Source: Gemmatimonadota bacterium (GTDB lineage: Bacteria > Gemmatimonadota > Gemmatimonadetes > Gemmatimonadales > Gemmatimonadaceae). Taken from it: DNA of 64,000 nucleotides. The stretch spans positions 1 to 64,000 of the forward strand of contig JANMLN010000054.1 of assembly GCA_031372565.1 (NCBI GenBank), in the 5' to 3' direction. Numbering within the stretch: the stretch's first letter is position 1; every line of letters begins with the position of its first letter. This document shows, piece by piece, positions 51,026-61,080 of this stretch. Under the pieces are notes generated by a model, which worked only from the letters and a program-made list of their open reading frames with translations, was not told the DNA's origin and did no database searches. A program made the position numbers and the translations under genes.

Positions 51026-52821
51026 GCGGGCGCTCCCACGAGGCGGTGCATGATCCCGCTCACCACCGTGTGGGCGGTGAGGGGGAGGCCGGCGTAGTCG
51101 AGGATGGGCGTCATCGCATCGCGCGGGATGCCGAGCTCGATGGCGAGGAGCGAGCGCAGCTGTGCGTCGCGGTTCTGTTCGACCACGAAGGTTCGCTCGT
51201 GCGCGCCGAGGAACGACCGCACCGCAGCGCCGAACGGGAAGCCGCGGATGCGCATCACGTCCACGATCACGCCCTGCGCGCGCAGCAGGTCGGCCGCTTC
51301 GCGCACGGCCGCGTCGCCACTACCGAGGCAGACAATGCCGATGTCCGCGCCGGGTTGCACCTGGAACGCAGGCTGCGGCACGGCTTCCGCCGCGTGTGCG
51401 AACTTGCGGGCCAGACGGTCCACGACTTCCTGGTACGCCGCGGCTTCCTCGGTGTAGCCGGCATGCATGTCGTGCCCGGAGCCGCGAACGAAGTAGGCGC
51501 CCTTGGCGCCCACCCCGGGGAGGGTGCGCGCGGCGATGCCGTCCCCATCCACGTCGCGATACCGCGAGAAGCGCGGCAACAGTGCGAGCGCCTCGGCGTC
51601 GAGCACCTTGCCCCGGTCGGGGCGATAGGCGTCGTCCCACTCGAGGTGCGGCACCATCCAGTCGTTCATCCCGATGTCGAGGTCCGACGCCACGAAGATC
51701 GGCGTCTGGTATCGCTCGGCCAGGTCGAACGCCTGCACCGTCATGTCGAAACACTCGTGCGGGTTGGCAGGAAAGAGGATCGGGTGCTTGGTATCGCCGT
51801 GCGAGGCGTACGCCAGCGAGAGGAGGTCCGCCTGCTGCGTGCGCGTCGGCATGCCGGTGGCGGGACCACAGCGCTGCACGTCGATGAAGACGGCGGGGAT
51901 GTCAGTGTAGTACGCGAGCCCGATGAACTCCTGCATGAGCGAGATGCCGGGGCCCGACGTGTTGGTGAAGGCACGGGCGCCGGCCCATCCTGCGCCGATG
52001 ACGATGCCCGCCGCGGCAAGTTCGTCCTCCGCCTGCAGGATCGCGTAGCGATGCAGCCCGGTGACCGGATCTACCCGGTATTGCTCGCAGAAGCCCTTGA
52101 ACTGCTCCATCACGCCCGTGGCCGGGGTAATCGGATACCAGGCGCCGACCGTTGCGCCCGCGTAAAGCGCGCCGAGCGCACACGCGGTGTTGCCGTCCAT
52201 CAGGATCGCCTCGCGCGTGGCGTCCATGCGCTCGAGGTGGAAGGGCAGCGGACAGGCAAAGTGCTCGCGCGCGTAATCGTAGCCGAGCCGGATGGCCGTG
52301 AGGTTCGCCTGCAGCACCTTCGGCTTCTTCCCGAACTTCTCGTCGAGCATCTGCTCGGGGATCGTCATGTCGAGCGCGAGGAGCGCGCCAAGCGTGCCGG
52401 CGTACATCATGTTGCGCAGGAGGGTGCGGTCGCGGTCCTTCTCGAACGTCTCGTTGCACATCCGGCCGAACGGAACGCCGAGGAAGGTGACGTCATCGCG
52501 CACCAGCTCGGGGTCGAGCGGCGCGGAGGCGTCATACAGCAAAACGCCGCCCGCGCGTACCGTGGCAACGTCCTTGGCGTAGCTGGCCGGATTGATGGCC
52601 ACCACGAGGTCCACGGCAGACGGACGCGCGGTATAGCCGTCCTTGCTCACCCGGATCTCGTACCAGGTGGGAAGCCCCTGGATGTTCGACGGAAAGAGGT
52701 TCTTGCCGGTGACCGGAATGCCCATGCGGAAGATGGCCTGCATGAGCAGTCCGTTCGCGCTGGCGGAGCCGGTGCCGTTCACCGTGCCCATCTTGAAGGC
52801 GAAGTCGTTGATGCCGCTCAT
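51022..52821 (-). CDS. 2-oxoacid:acceptor oxidoreductase alpha (gamma-alpha fused) subunit
   Basis: Start MSGINDF coupled to the upstream stop; NGTGSASAN, WYPITPA, QAEDELAA, TSGPGISLM, GMPTRTQQ, VVEQN. Confidence 0.95.
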   Translation of the reverse strand: MSGINDFAFKMGTVNGTGSASANGLLMQAIFRMGIPVTGKNLFPSNIQGLPTWYEIRVSKDGYTARPSAVDLVVAINPASYAKDVATVRAGGVLLYDASAPLDPELVRDDVTFLGVPFGRMCNETFEKDRDRTLLRNMMYAGTLGALLALDMTIPEQMLDEKFGKKPKVLQANLTAIRLGYDYAREHFACPLPFHLERMDATREAILMDGNTACALGALYAGATVGAWYPITPATGVMEQFKGFCEQYRVDPVTGLHRYAILQAEDELAAAGIVIGAGWAGARAFTNTSGPGISLMQEFIGLAYYTDIPAVFIDVQRCGPATGMPTRTQQADLLSLAYASHGDTKHPILFPANPHECFDMTVQAFDLAERYQTPIFVASDLDIGMNDWMVPHLEWDDAYRPDRGKVLDAEALALLPRFSRYRDVDGDGIAARTLPGVGAKGAYFVRGSGHDMHAGYTEEAAAYQEVVDRLARKFAHAAEAVPQPAFQVQPGADIGIVCLGSGDAAVREAADLLRAQGVIVDVMRIRGFPFGAAVRSFLGAHERTFVVEQNRDAQLRSLLAIELGIPRDAMTPILDYAGLPLTAHTVVSGIMHRLVGAPA

Positions 52822-54599
52822 CCGGTCACCATCCCCGCGTACGGCAGCTTGAGGTCGAAGGTGCGCATGTCCCACGCCGCCGTGGGGCACCGCTCGGCGC
52901 AGAGGCCGCAGTGGAGGCAGACGTCCTCGTCCTTGACCATCACGCGCTTCGTCTGCGGGAGCGCGTCGGAGACGTAGATCTCCTGCGCGGGGTTGAGCGC
53001 CGGTTCCGTGAGCCGCCCGCGCAGTTCGTCGATCGGGCCGCCGTTGGTGGTGATCGTGAGGCAGCGCGTCGGGCAGACGTCCACGCACGCGTCACACTCG
53101 ATGCAGAGCGGTGCGCTGAAGTGCGTCTGGATGTCGCAGTTGAGGCAGCGCTGCACTTCGTGCGCGACCTGCTCCGGGGTGAAGCCGAGTTCCACCTCGA
53201 CGCCGATGTCGCTGAAGCGCTTGGTCAGCTCCTCGTGTCGCATCTTGGCGCGCTTCGACGTGTCGTAGTCGTTGTCGTACTCCCACGCCTGCATGCCGAC
53301 CTTCGCGCTCGCGAGCGTCATCCCCACGGGCGGCCGGACGCGCACGTCGCGCCCCTCGCAGTGCGCGTGGATCGAGATCGCGGCCTGATGCCCGTGCGCC
53401 ACGGCCCAGATGATGTTCTCGGGGCCCCACGCGGCGTCGCCCCCGAAGAAGACACCGCTCAGGGTGCTCTCGTGCGTCGCCTTGTCGACCACCGGCATGT
53501 CCCACTCGCCGAACGCCATGCCGATGTCGCGCTCGATCCAGGGAAAGGCGTTGTCCTGCCCGATGGCCAGGATCACCGCGTCACAGGGGATGATCACGGT
53601 GCCCGTGACCGTGCTCGTCTGCTTTCCCTTCGCATCGACCGACCAGACGAGCTGCTCGAACTCCATGCCGGTGAGCGTGCCATTCTCCACCATGAAGCGC
53701 TTCGGTGCGTGGTTCTCGACGATCTCGACCAGCTCCTCCTCGGCGTCCTCGAGTTCCCACGGCGACGCCTTGAAGTTCTTGCGGCCGCGGCGCGCGATGA
53801 CCTTCACGTCGGTCGCGCCCACGCGCTTGACGGTGCGGCAGCAGTCCATGGCCGTGTTGCCGACGCCGATGATCAGCACGCGCGGCTCGATCTGCGTCAC
53901 GTGCGCGAAGTGCACGTTGGCCAGCCAGTCGATGCCGATGTGCACCTGGCCAGGCGCGTCCCACCGGCCCGGAATGTCGAGCTCCTTGCCCTTGGGAGCG
54001 CCGGAGCCGATGAAGACCGCATCGTACTGCTCGTCCAGCAGCGCCTTGAGGCTGTCCACCGGAGTGCCGTACTTCATGGTGGCGCCCATGTTGATGATGT
54101 AGCCGCACTCGTCGTCGAGCACCGAGCCGGGGAGCCGGAAATGCGGAATGTTGATGCGCATCAGCCCGCCGGGCTCGCTCAGCTTCTCGTAGATCGTGAC
54201 GTCGTAGCCGAGCGGAAGGAGATCGTTGGCAACGGTGAGCGATGCGGGTCCCGCGCCGACGCAGGCGATGCGCTTGCCGTTCTTCTTGTCGGGCGCCTTG
54301 GGCAACCGATCCGTGATGTCACCGCGCAGATCGGATGCGACCCGCTTGAGGCGACAGATCGCGACGGGCTTCTCCTCGACGCGGCCGCGACGGCAGGCGG
54401 GTTCGCACGGGCGGTCGCAGGTGCGACCGAGGATGCCGGGAAAGACATTCGACTCGCGGTTGAGCATGTACGAGTCGTCGTACCGCCCCTGCGCGATGAG
54501 CCGCAGATAACCGGGCACGTTCGTGTGCGCCGGGCACGCCCACTGGCAATCGACAACCTTGTGGTAGTACCGGGGATCCGAGACGTTCGTCGAGCCCAT
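52818..54599 (-). CDS. GltD-like FAD/NAD(P)H oxidoreductase with C-terminal 2x[4Fe-4S] ferredoxin domain
   Basis: DCQWACP, GRTCDRPCEPAC, VGAGPA, IIGVGNTAMD, RCLNCD, CIECDACVDVCP, CLHCGLCAERCP. Confidence 0.9.
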   Translation of the reverse strand: MGSTNVSDPRYYHKVVDCQWACPAHTNVPGYLRLIAQGRYDDSYMLNRESNVFPGILGRTCDRPCEPACRRGRVEEKPVAICRLKRVASDLRGDITDRLPKAPDKKNGKRIACVGAGPASLTVANDLLPLGYDVTIYEKLSEPGGLMRINIPHFRLPGSVLDDECGYIINMGATMKYGTPVDSLKALLDEQYDAVFIGSGAPKGKELDIPGRWDAPGQVHIGIDWLANVHFAHVTQIEPRVLIIGVGNTAMDCCRTVKRVGATDVKVIARRGRKNFKASPWELEDAEEELVEIVENHAPKRFMVENGTLTGMEFEQLVWSVDAKGKQTSTVTGTVIIPCDAVILAIGQDNAFPWIERDIGMAFGEWDMPVVDKATHESTLSGVFFGGDAAWGPENIIWAVAHGHQAAISIHAHCEGRDVRVRPPVGMTLASAKVGMQAWEYDNDYDTSKRAKMRHEELTKRFSDIGVEVELGFTPEQVAHEVQRCLNCDIQTHFSAPLCIECDACVDVCPTRCLTITTNGGPIDELRGRLTEPALNPAQEIYVSDALPQTKRVMVKDEDVCLHCGLCAERCPTAAWDMRTFDLKLPYAGMVTG

Positions 54600-54798
54600 G
54601 GCGCGTCGCTCCCACCAGCAGGATGCAGCAACAGTCGCACTCATGAAGGGGCAGGGGAAGGCGGGAAACGAGCGGTTCCTGTAAGGCGTATCCCGACGCG
54701 TCGCTTCAGCCGAGCGGGTCAGGCCTTGGGTAACGGCCGACACACGGCAGTGCCCGCTGTGGTGGTGTCAGGGGTTCCCCCGTCCTAGCTTGCCGTCA

Positions 54799-56118
54799 AT
54801 GATCGAGGAGCCCCGCGTGATCCGCCGGCGCGCCGTCGCCAGCTGGATCGTGTACGACGTTGCGAACGTGATTTTCAGCATGGGCGTGGTCTCGCTCAAG
54901 TTCCCGCTGTTCGTCCGGGAGAGCGTGGGCGCGGCACGTGCCGACTCCGTGTACGGCGCGATCACGTCGGTGGCGATGGGGATCATGTTCCTGCTCTCGC
55001 CGCTGCTCGGCGCCATGACCGATCGTGCCCGGCGACGCATGCCGTTCCTCATCTGGGCCACGTTGCTTGCGTGCGCCGGCACGGCGCTGATTGCGCGCGG
55101 GCCGTTCACGATGTCGGTGATCCTCTTCGTGATCGCGAATGGCGGGTACCAGGCCGGCGTGCAGTTCTACGACTCGATGCTCCCGGACGTGAGTACCGAA
55201 GCCAATCGCGGGCGCATCAACGGGCTGGCCATCGGGCTGGGCTACCTCGGTTCGTACGTGGCCATCGGCATGGGCGTCTGGCTCGGGCGCGGCGACGGCC
55301 CGTATCCGTTCACGACTTACTTCACGCTCGTGTCGGTGCTGTTCCTCGTCATCGCGATCCCGTGCTTCGTTTTCGTCGAGGAGAAGGGGAACCCGCACCC
55401 GCGACCGTTCTTCACCCTCACGGCCATCAAGGAGTCGGTGGCGCAAACCATCGACACGCTGCGCTCGGGGAACCGCTATCCGGGGCTGCTGCGCTTCCTG
55501 CTCGGACGCGCCTTCTATACCGATGCGATCAACACGGTGGTCTCGTTCATGTCGCTCTACACGGTGAACGTGGCGGTCTCGACCGGTCTCACGGCCGAGG
55601 ACGGCCAGGCCCGGGCGAACATCGTGCTCGCGGCCGCGGTCACGGCTGCCATCGGCGGCGGCATCATCTGGGGGATCATCGTCGACAAGATCGGTCCCAA
55701 GCGCACGCTCACGGCCGTGCTCTGCCTGTGGCTGGCGACGTTCACGCTCGCGGCCGGCGTGGGCATGCTCGGGCTGCCCATCGCGTGGCTGTACGTGGTC
55801 GCGTGCGCAGCGGGCATTGCACTCGGCGGTACGTGGGCCGCGGACCGGCCGTACATGCTCCGCCTCACGCCGCCGGACCGCGTGGGCGAGTTCTACGGGC
55901 TGTACGGCATGGTCGGGCGCTTCTCGGCGGTCACCGGCCCGGCGCTCTGGGGCGGCACCACGTACCTGGCCGTGCAACGCCTGGGCTTCAGCGAGGTGAA
56001 GGGCGAAGCGTTCGCGGTGATGACACTCTTCGCGATGGTGGTGATCGCGCTGGTGATCCTGCGGCGCGTGGACGACAAGCCGCGAGACTGGGCGGCGCTG
56101 CAGAAGCTCGCGCCGTGA
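54799..56118 (+). CDS. MFS transporter (UMF1/Atg22-like)
   Basis: SWIVYDVAN, SPLLGAMTD, FYDSMLP, GEFYGLY; about 12 hydrophobic segments. Confidence 0.88.
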   Translation: MIEEPRVIRRRAVASWIVYDVANVIFSMGVVSLKFPLFVRESVGAARADSVYGAITSVAMGIMFLLSPLLGAMTDRARRRMPFLIWATLLACAGTALIARGPFTMSVILFVIANGGYQAGVQFYDSMLPDVSTEANRGRINGLAIGLGYLGSYVAIGMGVWLGRGDGPYPFTTYFTLVSVLFLVIAIPCFVFVEEKGNPHPRPFFTLTAIKESVAQTIDTLRSGNRYPGLLRFLLGRAFYTDAINTVVSFMSLYTVNVAVSTGLTAEDGQARANIVLAAAVTAAIGGGIIWGIIVDKIGPKRTLTAVLCLWLATFTLAAGVGMLGLPIAWLYVVACAAGIALGGTWAADRPYMLRLTPPDRVGEFYGLYGMVGRFSAVTGPALWGGTTYLAVQRLGFSEVKGEAFAVMTLFAMVVIALVILRRVDDKPRDWAALQKLAP

Positions 56119-56148
56119 ACCCGGCGTGAGCGCGGCGTGTCGCGCGTT

Positions 56149-57363
56149 TCAGCCGTGGAACGGATTGTCGTAACGCCGGGGCTCTCCGCGTTCGCGGATG
56201 CCGTCCTGCTGCGCCTGCATGAGCGCCCGACGAATGCGCAGGGCCAGTTCGCGGGTGAGCGCGTCCTGGTCATCGCGCGCGGTCACGGGCACGGGCTCCT
56301 CCACGCGCAGGAAGAACGCGCGCGGTGCGGCCGCGTACGGCACGAAGCGGGTTACGTCGTCGCGGAGCGTGCCGCGCAGCCAGTCGAGGCGCAGCCGCTT
56401 GATCCGTTCGCCGATCTGCTCCTGCGTGAGCGTTGGCTGATGCACACCGGCCGGCACGAGGCGCAGCATCCGGTCGATGATCGAGACCTGTCGCTTGAAG
56501 TCGGGATTGGCGTCGCGCAGGCGGCGTGATTGCGAGCGCCACGCGCGCGCCTGATCGGCCGCACTCGTCGGCATGGTGGCCGGCACGTACTCTGGCCAGG
56601 TCCGCGTGAGCTGCTCGAGTGCCTGCACCAGGCCGCGCTCGAAGCGCGCCGCGAAACCGTCGCGTGCGGGTCCGAGGTCGATGGCGTACGGCGCGGCTTC
56701 ACGCTCGAGCAGGAATGCGAACAGCGCCCGCAGGCGCTCGGCGGCGTTGCCGGTCGTTCCCGGTGCACGCAGTCGCATGGTCACGTAATCAAGCTCGTGC
56801 TGCAATCCGGGCTCGGCGTTCTCCTGATAGCGGATGAACCAAGCGAGCGGCACGAGCTGCGCGGGCCGCCTGGCGATGTCCGAGGCACGCGACGCGATGC
56901 GCACCGCTCCCGTGCGCAGCGCTCCCGGCGCTTCGTTGTCCCAATTGACTTCGCCCTCGGGGTGGATGAGCACTCCCGTGCCGCGCGCGACCTGACGCGC
57001 AGAGTAGTCGAGCGCGGCATCGAGGTGCTCGCCGCGCACCGCAGCCACGAGTCCGTTCGACAACCAGAACCACTGCCCGAAGCCGTTGACGATTTCCGGA
57101 TCTGCCCACGCGATGGAGGTGGGCGCATAGCGGTGCATCACCCACTTGTCGATCATCCAGTCGGTGAAGAACTCCGGGTGGTTCGGACAGAGCACGAAGG
57201 GGGCGCGGACGGCGACGCGCAGGCGCGCGTCATCGTCGGCCGGGATATGCAACGCCGCCACGCGCGAGACGAGCGGGAGGACCACGCCGTTGTTGAGCCA
57301 GCCGAGCGCGCGCATGAGCGTCGCGTTGGGATGCGGCTCCCGGAACCCCTGAAGCGAGGTCAT
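56149..57363 (-). CDS. PlsC-like acyltransferase with extended C-terminus
   Basis: CPNHPEFFTD (NH-x5-D variant of HX4D), IHPEGEV, LRTGA. Confidence 0.75.
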   Translation of the reverse strand: MTSLQGFREPHPNATLMRALGWLNNGVVLPLVSRVAALHIPADDDARLRVAVRAPFVLCPNHPEFFTDWMIDKWVMHRYAPTSIAWADPEIVNGFGQWFWLSNGLVAAVRGEHLDAALDYSARQVARGTGVLIHPEGEVNWDNEAPGALRTGAVRIASRASDIARRPAQLVPLAWFIRYQENAEPGLQHELDYVTMRLRAPGTTGNAAERLRALFAFLLEREAAPYAIDLGPARDGFAARFERGLVQALEQLTRTWPEYVPATMPTSAADQARAWRSQSRRLRDANPDFKRQVSIIDRMLRLVPAGVHQPTLTQEQIGERIKRLRLDWLRGTLRDDVTRFVPYAAAPRAFFLRVEEPVPVTARDDQDALTRELALRIRRALMQAQQDGIRERGEPRRYDNPFHG

Positions 57364-60017
57364 CCCGTGTTGCGCATCCCGGCCGCGACGCCGTTCACCG
57401 TCACGAGGAAGGCGTCGAGCAGCGCCGGGTCGTCATGGTCGGCGCGCAGCCGAGCGAGCAGCTCGACCTGCACCAGGTTGATGGGGTCCACGTAGGGGTT
57501 CCGGACGCCGATGGACCGCTTGAGCACGGGGTTGTCGGCAAGCAGCCGGTCGTGATCGGTCACCTCGAGCAGCGCTTCGGTGGTCTGCTCGAGGTCGCGC
57601 CGCAGCGTCGAGCCCAGCAGCAGCAACCGCGGCGGTACGAGACGCAGGTCGTAGTACGCCGCGATCTCCGGCGACGCCTTGGCCAGCACCATCTCCACGA
57701 GGTCGAGCGTCGAGCGGAAGAACGGCCACTCGGCGTACATCGTGCGCAGTGTGGCGAGGTGGCCGCGCGCAATGGCGTCGCGCAGGGCATCGCCCACGCC
57801 ATGCCAACTCGGGAGCATGAGGCGTGTCTGCGTCCACGCAAAGATCCACGGAATGGCGCGCAGGCTGGTGACACCACCGGCCGCCTTCCGTCGCGCCGGT
57901 CGGCTTCCGATGCGCAGGCGGCCCAGCTCCTGCTCCGGCGTGGCGAGACGGAAGTACTCGAGGAACTCGGGCGTCTCGTACACGAGTCGGCGGTACGCAG
58001 TGCGCGACGCATCGGCGAGTTCCTGCATGAGCGCGCGCCAAGCCGCTGGCACCGCGGCATGCGGCACGAGCGAGGCCTCGAGCGTTGCGGTCGTGTACAC
58101 CTCGAGCGTGCGGTCGGCGATCTCGGGCAGGCCGAACTGCGCGTCCACCATCTCGCCCTGCTCGGTCACGCGGATGGTGCCGTCCACCGAACCCGGTGGC
58201 TGCGACTGGATGGCCAGGTGCGTCGGGCCACCGCCGCGACCCACGGATCCCCCGCGTCCGTGGAAGAGCGTGAGCTGGACGCCACGCGAGGCGCACGCGG
58301 CCACCACGCGCTCCTGCGCGGTGTAGAGCTCCCACGCCGCAGCCAGTCGTCCCGCGTCCTTCGCGGAATCCGAATAGCCGATCATGATCTCGACGCGGTC
58401 GCCGATCCGGGTGCGATAGGCCGGGATGTCGAGCAACGCGCCGATGGTATCCGCCGCGCCACGCAGGAAGTCCACCGTCTCGAAGAGCGGTACGACACGC
58501 AGGGGAGGGGTGACGCCCGCTGCCACCTGCAGCGCATGCACGGCGAGCACGTCGGACGGCTGGCTCGCCATCGAGATCACGTAGGCGCCGAGCATGTCGC
58601 GCGGGAGCTCGGCTGCCACGCGGAAGGTGCCGAGCGCGTCGGAGATGTCGGCCGGAAAGGGCGGAGGCGCAGCCATCGCCTCGCGCAGTGCGCGCGCGCC
58701 CGTCGCGATCTCGTCGAGCAGGAAGGCTTGGCGTTCGGCCTCGCTCCACGCCGCATACGAACCGCGCCCCATGCGCGTCGTGAGTGCATCGAGCGCATCG
58801 GTGTGCTTCTGCGCCTCCTGGCGGAGGTCGAGGCGCACCAGCGAGAGCCCGAAGGTCGGGATGCGACGGAGCACGTCGGTGAGTCGGCCTTCTGCGACGG
58901 CGCGACCACCGGTGGCCATCAACGAGCGATGACAGAGCCGCAGCGGCTCGGCGATCGTCTCGACGTCGGTGATCATCGGCCTGTCGTCGGCGCTCGCCGA
59001 TGCACCGTCGATCATGCGCGCGATCCGGTCGCGCGTGGCCTGCAACCCCTCGACGATCGGCTTGAGCAGCGCACGATAGGGTTCCGCGGCGTTGCCGACA
59101 CGCGCCGTGAGTTCGGGGGTGCCCCTCCGCATCGAGAGTTCGCCCCGGAGCGCTTCGAGGTCGCGGGCATGGAGGTCCGCCGCCATCCAGCGTGCGAGCA
59201 GCGTCGCGCGCACGGTGACGTCGGGCGTGACGTTGGGATTGCCGTCCCGATCACCGCCGATCCATGAACCGAAGCGGAGGGGCGCCGCGTCGAGAGGCAG
59301 TCCGGCACCCGTGGCAGCCACGAGCGCCTGGTCGAGCGCGCGCAGGTAGCGGGGCACCGCGTCCCAGAGTGTCTGCTCGAACGCGACCAGCCCCCACTTC
59401 ACCTCGTCCACCGGCGTCGGCGGATCGCGGCGCACTTCATCGGTCATCCAGGTGGCCGTGATCTCGTTGGCGAGCGCGCGGAGCCGCGCCTCGCGTTCGG
59501 GACCGGTGAGGCTCGTGTGATCGCCCAGCGCCAGCAGTTCGGCGATGCGCCGCTGCTTCTGGCGCAGCGTGCGGCGCACGACTTCGGTGGGATGCGCGGT
59601 GAGCACGAGTTCGACGCGAAGCGCGCCTGCGGCGTCGTGCAGTGCACGCGGTGCTATCCCGCCCGCCAACAGCCGCGTGAACGAGTCGGCGAAGGAGCCT
59701 CGCTGCGGTGGCTTGGACGGGTCGCGCTGGTAGTCGCGCCGCCGCCGGATGCGATGGTGCTGCTCGGCGATGTTGGCGAGTCCGAGGAAGTGCGCGAAGG
59801 CGCGCGCAACGTCGAGCGCGTCGGGGACGGAGAGTGCGCGCAGCACGCGCTCGAGTTCGGCCACGTCGGCGGCACCGCGGCGCGCATCCTTGGCGAGGGC
59901 GCGCACGCGCTCGACCGTGTCGTAGAGTGCCGCGCCGCCCTGTGCCTTCAGCGTGTCGCCGAGGAGGGCACCGAGCAGGCGGACATCGTCGTGGAGGGGC
60001 TGATGCGGGTCGGTCAT
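57360..60017 (-). CDS. ppc: Phosphoenolpyruvate carboxylase
   Basis: VLTAHPTE, SWIGGDRDGNP, MIGYSDSAKD, FHGRGGSVGRGG, LRAIPW, GMRNTG C-terminus. Confidence 0.98.
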   Translation of the reverse strand: MTDPHQPLHDDVRLLGALLGDTLKAQGGAALYDTVERVRALAKDARRGAADVAELERVLRALSVPDALDVARAFAHFLGLANIAEQHHRIRRRRDYQRDPSKPPQRGSFADSFTRLLAGGIAPRALHDAAGALRVELVLTAHPTEVVRRTLRQKQRRIAELLALGDHTSLTGPEREARLRALANEITATWMTDEVRRDPPTPVDEVKWGLVAFEQTLWDAVPRYLRALDQALVAATGAGLPLDAAPLRFGSWIGGDRDGNPNVTPDVTVRATLLARWMAADLHARDLEALRGELSMRRGTPELTARVGNAAEPYRALLKPIVEGLQATRDRIARMIDGASASADDRPMITDVETIAEPLRLCHRSLMATGGRAVAEGRLTDVLRRIPTFGLSLVRLDLRQEAQKHTDALDALTTRMGRGSYAAWSEAERQAFLLDEIATGARALREAMAAPPPFPADISDALGTFRVAAELPRDMLGAYVISMASQPSDVLAVHALQVAAGVTPPLRVVPLFETVDFLRGAADTIGALLDIPAYRTRIGDRVEIMIGYSDSAKDAGRLAAAWELYTAQERVVAACASRGVQLTLFHGRGGSVGRGGGPTHLAIQSQPPGSVDGTIRVTEQGEMVDAQFGLPEIADRTLEVYTTATLEASLVPHAAVPAAWRALMQELADASRTAYRRLVYETPEFLEYFRLATPEQELGRLRIGSRPARRKAAGGVTSLRAIPWIFAWTQTRLMLPSWHGVGDALRDAIARGHLATLRTMYAEWPFFRSTLDLVEMVLAKASPEIAAYYDLRLVPPRLLLLGSTLRRDLEQTTEALLEVTDHDRLLADNPVLKRSIGVRNPYVDPINLVQVELLARLRADHDDPALLDAFLVTVNGVAAGMRNTG

Positions 60018-60113
60018 GGGCTGTGGGTCGGAAGCTACGACCTCAGACGCTCCGCGGGGCGCGGACCAGGCTTATGAAGCTGAACCTGTTCGATCTCGAC
60101 TCCGCATCGGGCC

Positions 60114-60674
60114 TCAGTCCACCCAGCGCGTGAGCGCGCTGCCCGCCGTACGCGGCTTCGCTGCCGGTACCTCGGCCGGCTCTCCCACGGTCAACACCGC
60201 CACGATCCGCTCGCCCTCGGCCACGCCCGCCGCGGCGCGCGCTGCCGGATCATCCATGATGGCGCCGGTGCGGATGTGCGTACCGAGCCCTTGGGCCACG
60301 GCCGAGAGGCAGAGGTTCTGCACGGCCATGTAGGTGGCCGCGTAGTCCTCCTCGCGGATCTCCGGGTTCTCGTTGAGCACCATCGACACGATCAGCATGC
60401 ACGGTTGCGCCCGATGATCGCGGCTGGTGGTCTGCCGGATCGAGTCGGCCTGGGCTTCGTCGGTCGCCTTCTTCGCCTTGCGGTTGCCCAGTGCGAGTCC
60501 GTACGCCGCGCGCGCCTCGGGGCCGAGCACTGCAAAGCGCCACGGCTGCGTGATCCGATGGTTCGGCGCGAGCGTCGCGGCCTGAATCATCTGCTCCAGC
60601 GCGTCGCGCGAGGGGGCGCGATCGGTGAACTTGCGAATGGAGCGGCGGTTGGAAATCGCGTCGGAAAGGTTCAT
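60114..60674 (-). CDS. Nitroreductase family protein (YdjA-like)
   Basis: AISNRRSIRKF, APNHRITQPWRF, AVQNLCL.A...GLGT. Confidence 0.9.
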   Translation of the reverse strand: MNLSDAISNRRSIRKFTDRAPSRDALEQMIQAATLAPNHRITQPWRFAVLGPEARAAYGLALGNRKAKKATDEAQADSIRQTTSRDHRAQPCMLIVSMVLNENPEIREEDYAATYMAVQNLCLSAVAQGLGTHIRTGAIMDDPAARAAAGVAEGERIVAVLTVGEPAEVPAAKPRTAGSALTRWVD

Positions 60675-61080
60675 CTCGGGAGGGGCGGGACAGGTGAGGT
60701 TCGCCTGCTGCGGTAGGCCGCACGCAGACGCCTCGGAACGATAGTCGCGCGTACTCGGCCGCGCGCTTCTGACGCGTGCGAGCGCTGCGAACTGTGGTGC
60801 GAAGGCCCGTCCTGTCAGGAGTAAACATTCGTAATCAATCTGCCGCCCCGCATCGCTTGTAAGTCTCTGCTAATCATCATGTTACGCAGAAACACAAAGG
60901 TCAATATTCCTGCTCGCTTGGTCTCACCGTTGAGCAGTCCACCGTGCACGAGCCGGCCACGCTGGAGTTGCTCGCTCCGGCACTGCCTGCGTCGGTGCGC
61001 TTGACGGCTCCTCGCCTCGCGCCCCACCTTGCGAGAGCTCGCGCCACGCCCGACGCGCGCACTCTCCCGCTCCCCGATCC

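Noticed and set aside
52822..53088. ORF-track N-terminal extension of the oxidoreductase alpha subunit
   Set aside because: Overlaps the upstream flavoprotein; the real start is the coupled ATG at 52821.
54600..54790. Possible riboswitch in the divergent spacer
   Set aside because: No recognisable aptamer consensus or convincing terminator.
60074..60110. MKLNLFDLD resembling a HAD hydrolase start
   Set aside because: Too short, lacks the DxDGT continuation and runs into a convergent gene; cannot be supported.
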